Source: an uncultured Erysipelotrichaceae bacterium
GTDB taxonomy: Bacteria > Bacillota_I > Bacilli_A > RF39 > UBA660
Direction: 5' to 3'
Assembly: GCA_902801525.1 (NCBI GenBank)
Contig: CADCIN010000002.1
Coordinates: 12,323-76,322, forward strand
Length of the DNA: 64,000 nucleotides
A program made the translations under genes and the position numbers. The notes beneath the pieces are model-generated. The model saw nothing but the letters and a program-made list of their open reading frames with translations. It was not told where the DNA came from and ran no database searches. Shown piece by piece: positions 63,989-64,000 of this stretch; position 1 is the first letter of the stretch, and each line of letters starts with the position of its first letter.

Positions 63989-64000
63989 ATGAAAAATAAA
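63989..64000 (+). CDS. start of next EPS-locus gene (partial, runs off the window)
   Basis: ATG preceded by a TAGGAGC RBS. Only 4 codons are visible. Confidence 0.25.

Overview
The window is AT-rich (roughly 25-30% GC by eye) and looks like low-GC Firmicutes (Bacillota) chromosome. It uses standard code 11: TAA, TAG and TGA all terminate well-supported genes. I cannot assign a species.

(1) 1-~15065: right-hand part of an integrated element whose left end lies outside the window.
- It ends with a large serine recombinase (13407-15065) that abuts a valS gene lacking its 5' third.
- It carries a complete diversity-generating retroelement (DGR): a 1283-aa surface-protein target (79-3927) with a 120-bp variable repeat (VR, 3732-3851), a template repeat (TR, 4164-4283) that differs from VR only at 24 TR adenines, an avd-like ORF, and a 498-aa reverse transcriptase (RT).
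- The RT's C-terminal extension resembles MutS mismatch-binding domain I.
- The target gene carries a (GACA)15 tetranucleotide tract just after its start codon, which suggests phase variation.
- The RT gene overlaps the first gene of a tightly packed operon encoding a repeat-rich surface protein, SipW, TasA/BsaA-like proteins and a sortase.

(2) 15064-17593: valS 3' fragment and a lipoprotein gene.

(3) 17736-22034: tandem array of five paralogous ~195-aa secreted four-cysteine proteins. One is knocked out by GGA->TGA, and a sixth, decayed copy lies at 46050-46512.

(4) 22-32 kb: unknown proteins, a transglutaminase-like protein, two flavoproteins, decayed surface-protein genes and an IS3-family remnant.

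(5) 32.7-42.9 kb: LCP protein, galE, a SrtB-like sortase and a sortase-dependent pilus locus that is heavily degraded (nonsense codons, a frameshift and an in-frame fusion).

(6) 43-64 kb: housekeeping genes (class B PBP, mraY, ftsW-family, yitT-family, yceD-rpmF, addBA) and the start of a capsule/EPS locus (deacetylase, Wzz, BY-kinase, PHP phosphatase, two priming sugar transferases).

Six genes, five of them for surface or secreted proteins, carry a single in-frame stop codon.

All calls come from reading the sequence and the ORF translations. No database searches were run.
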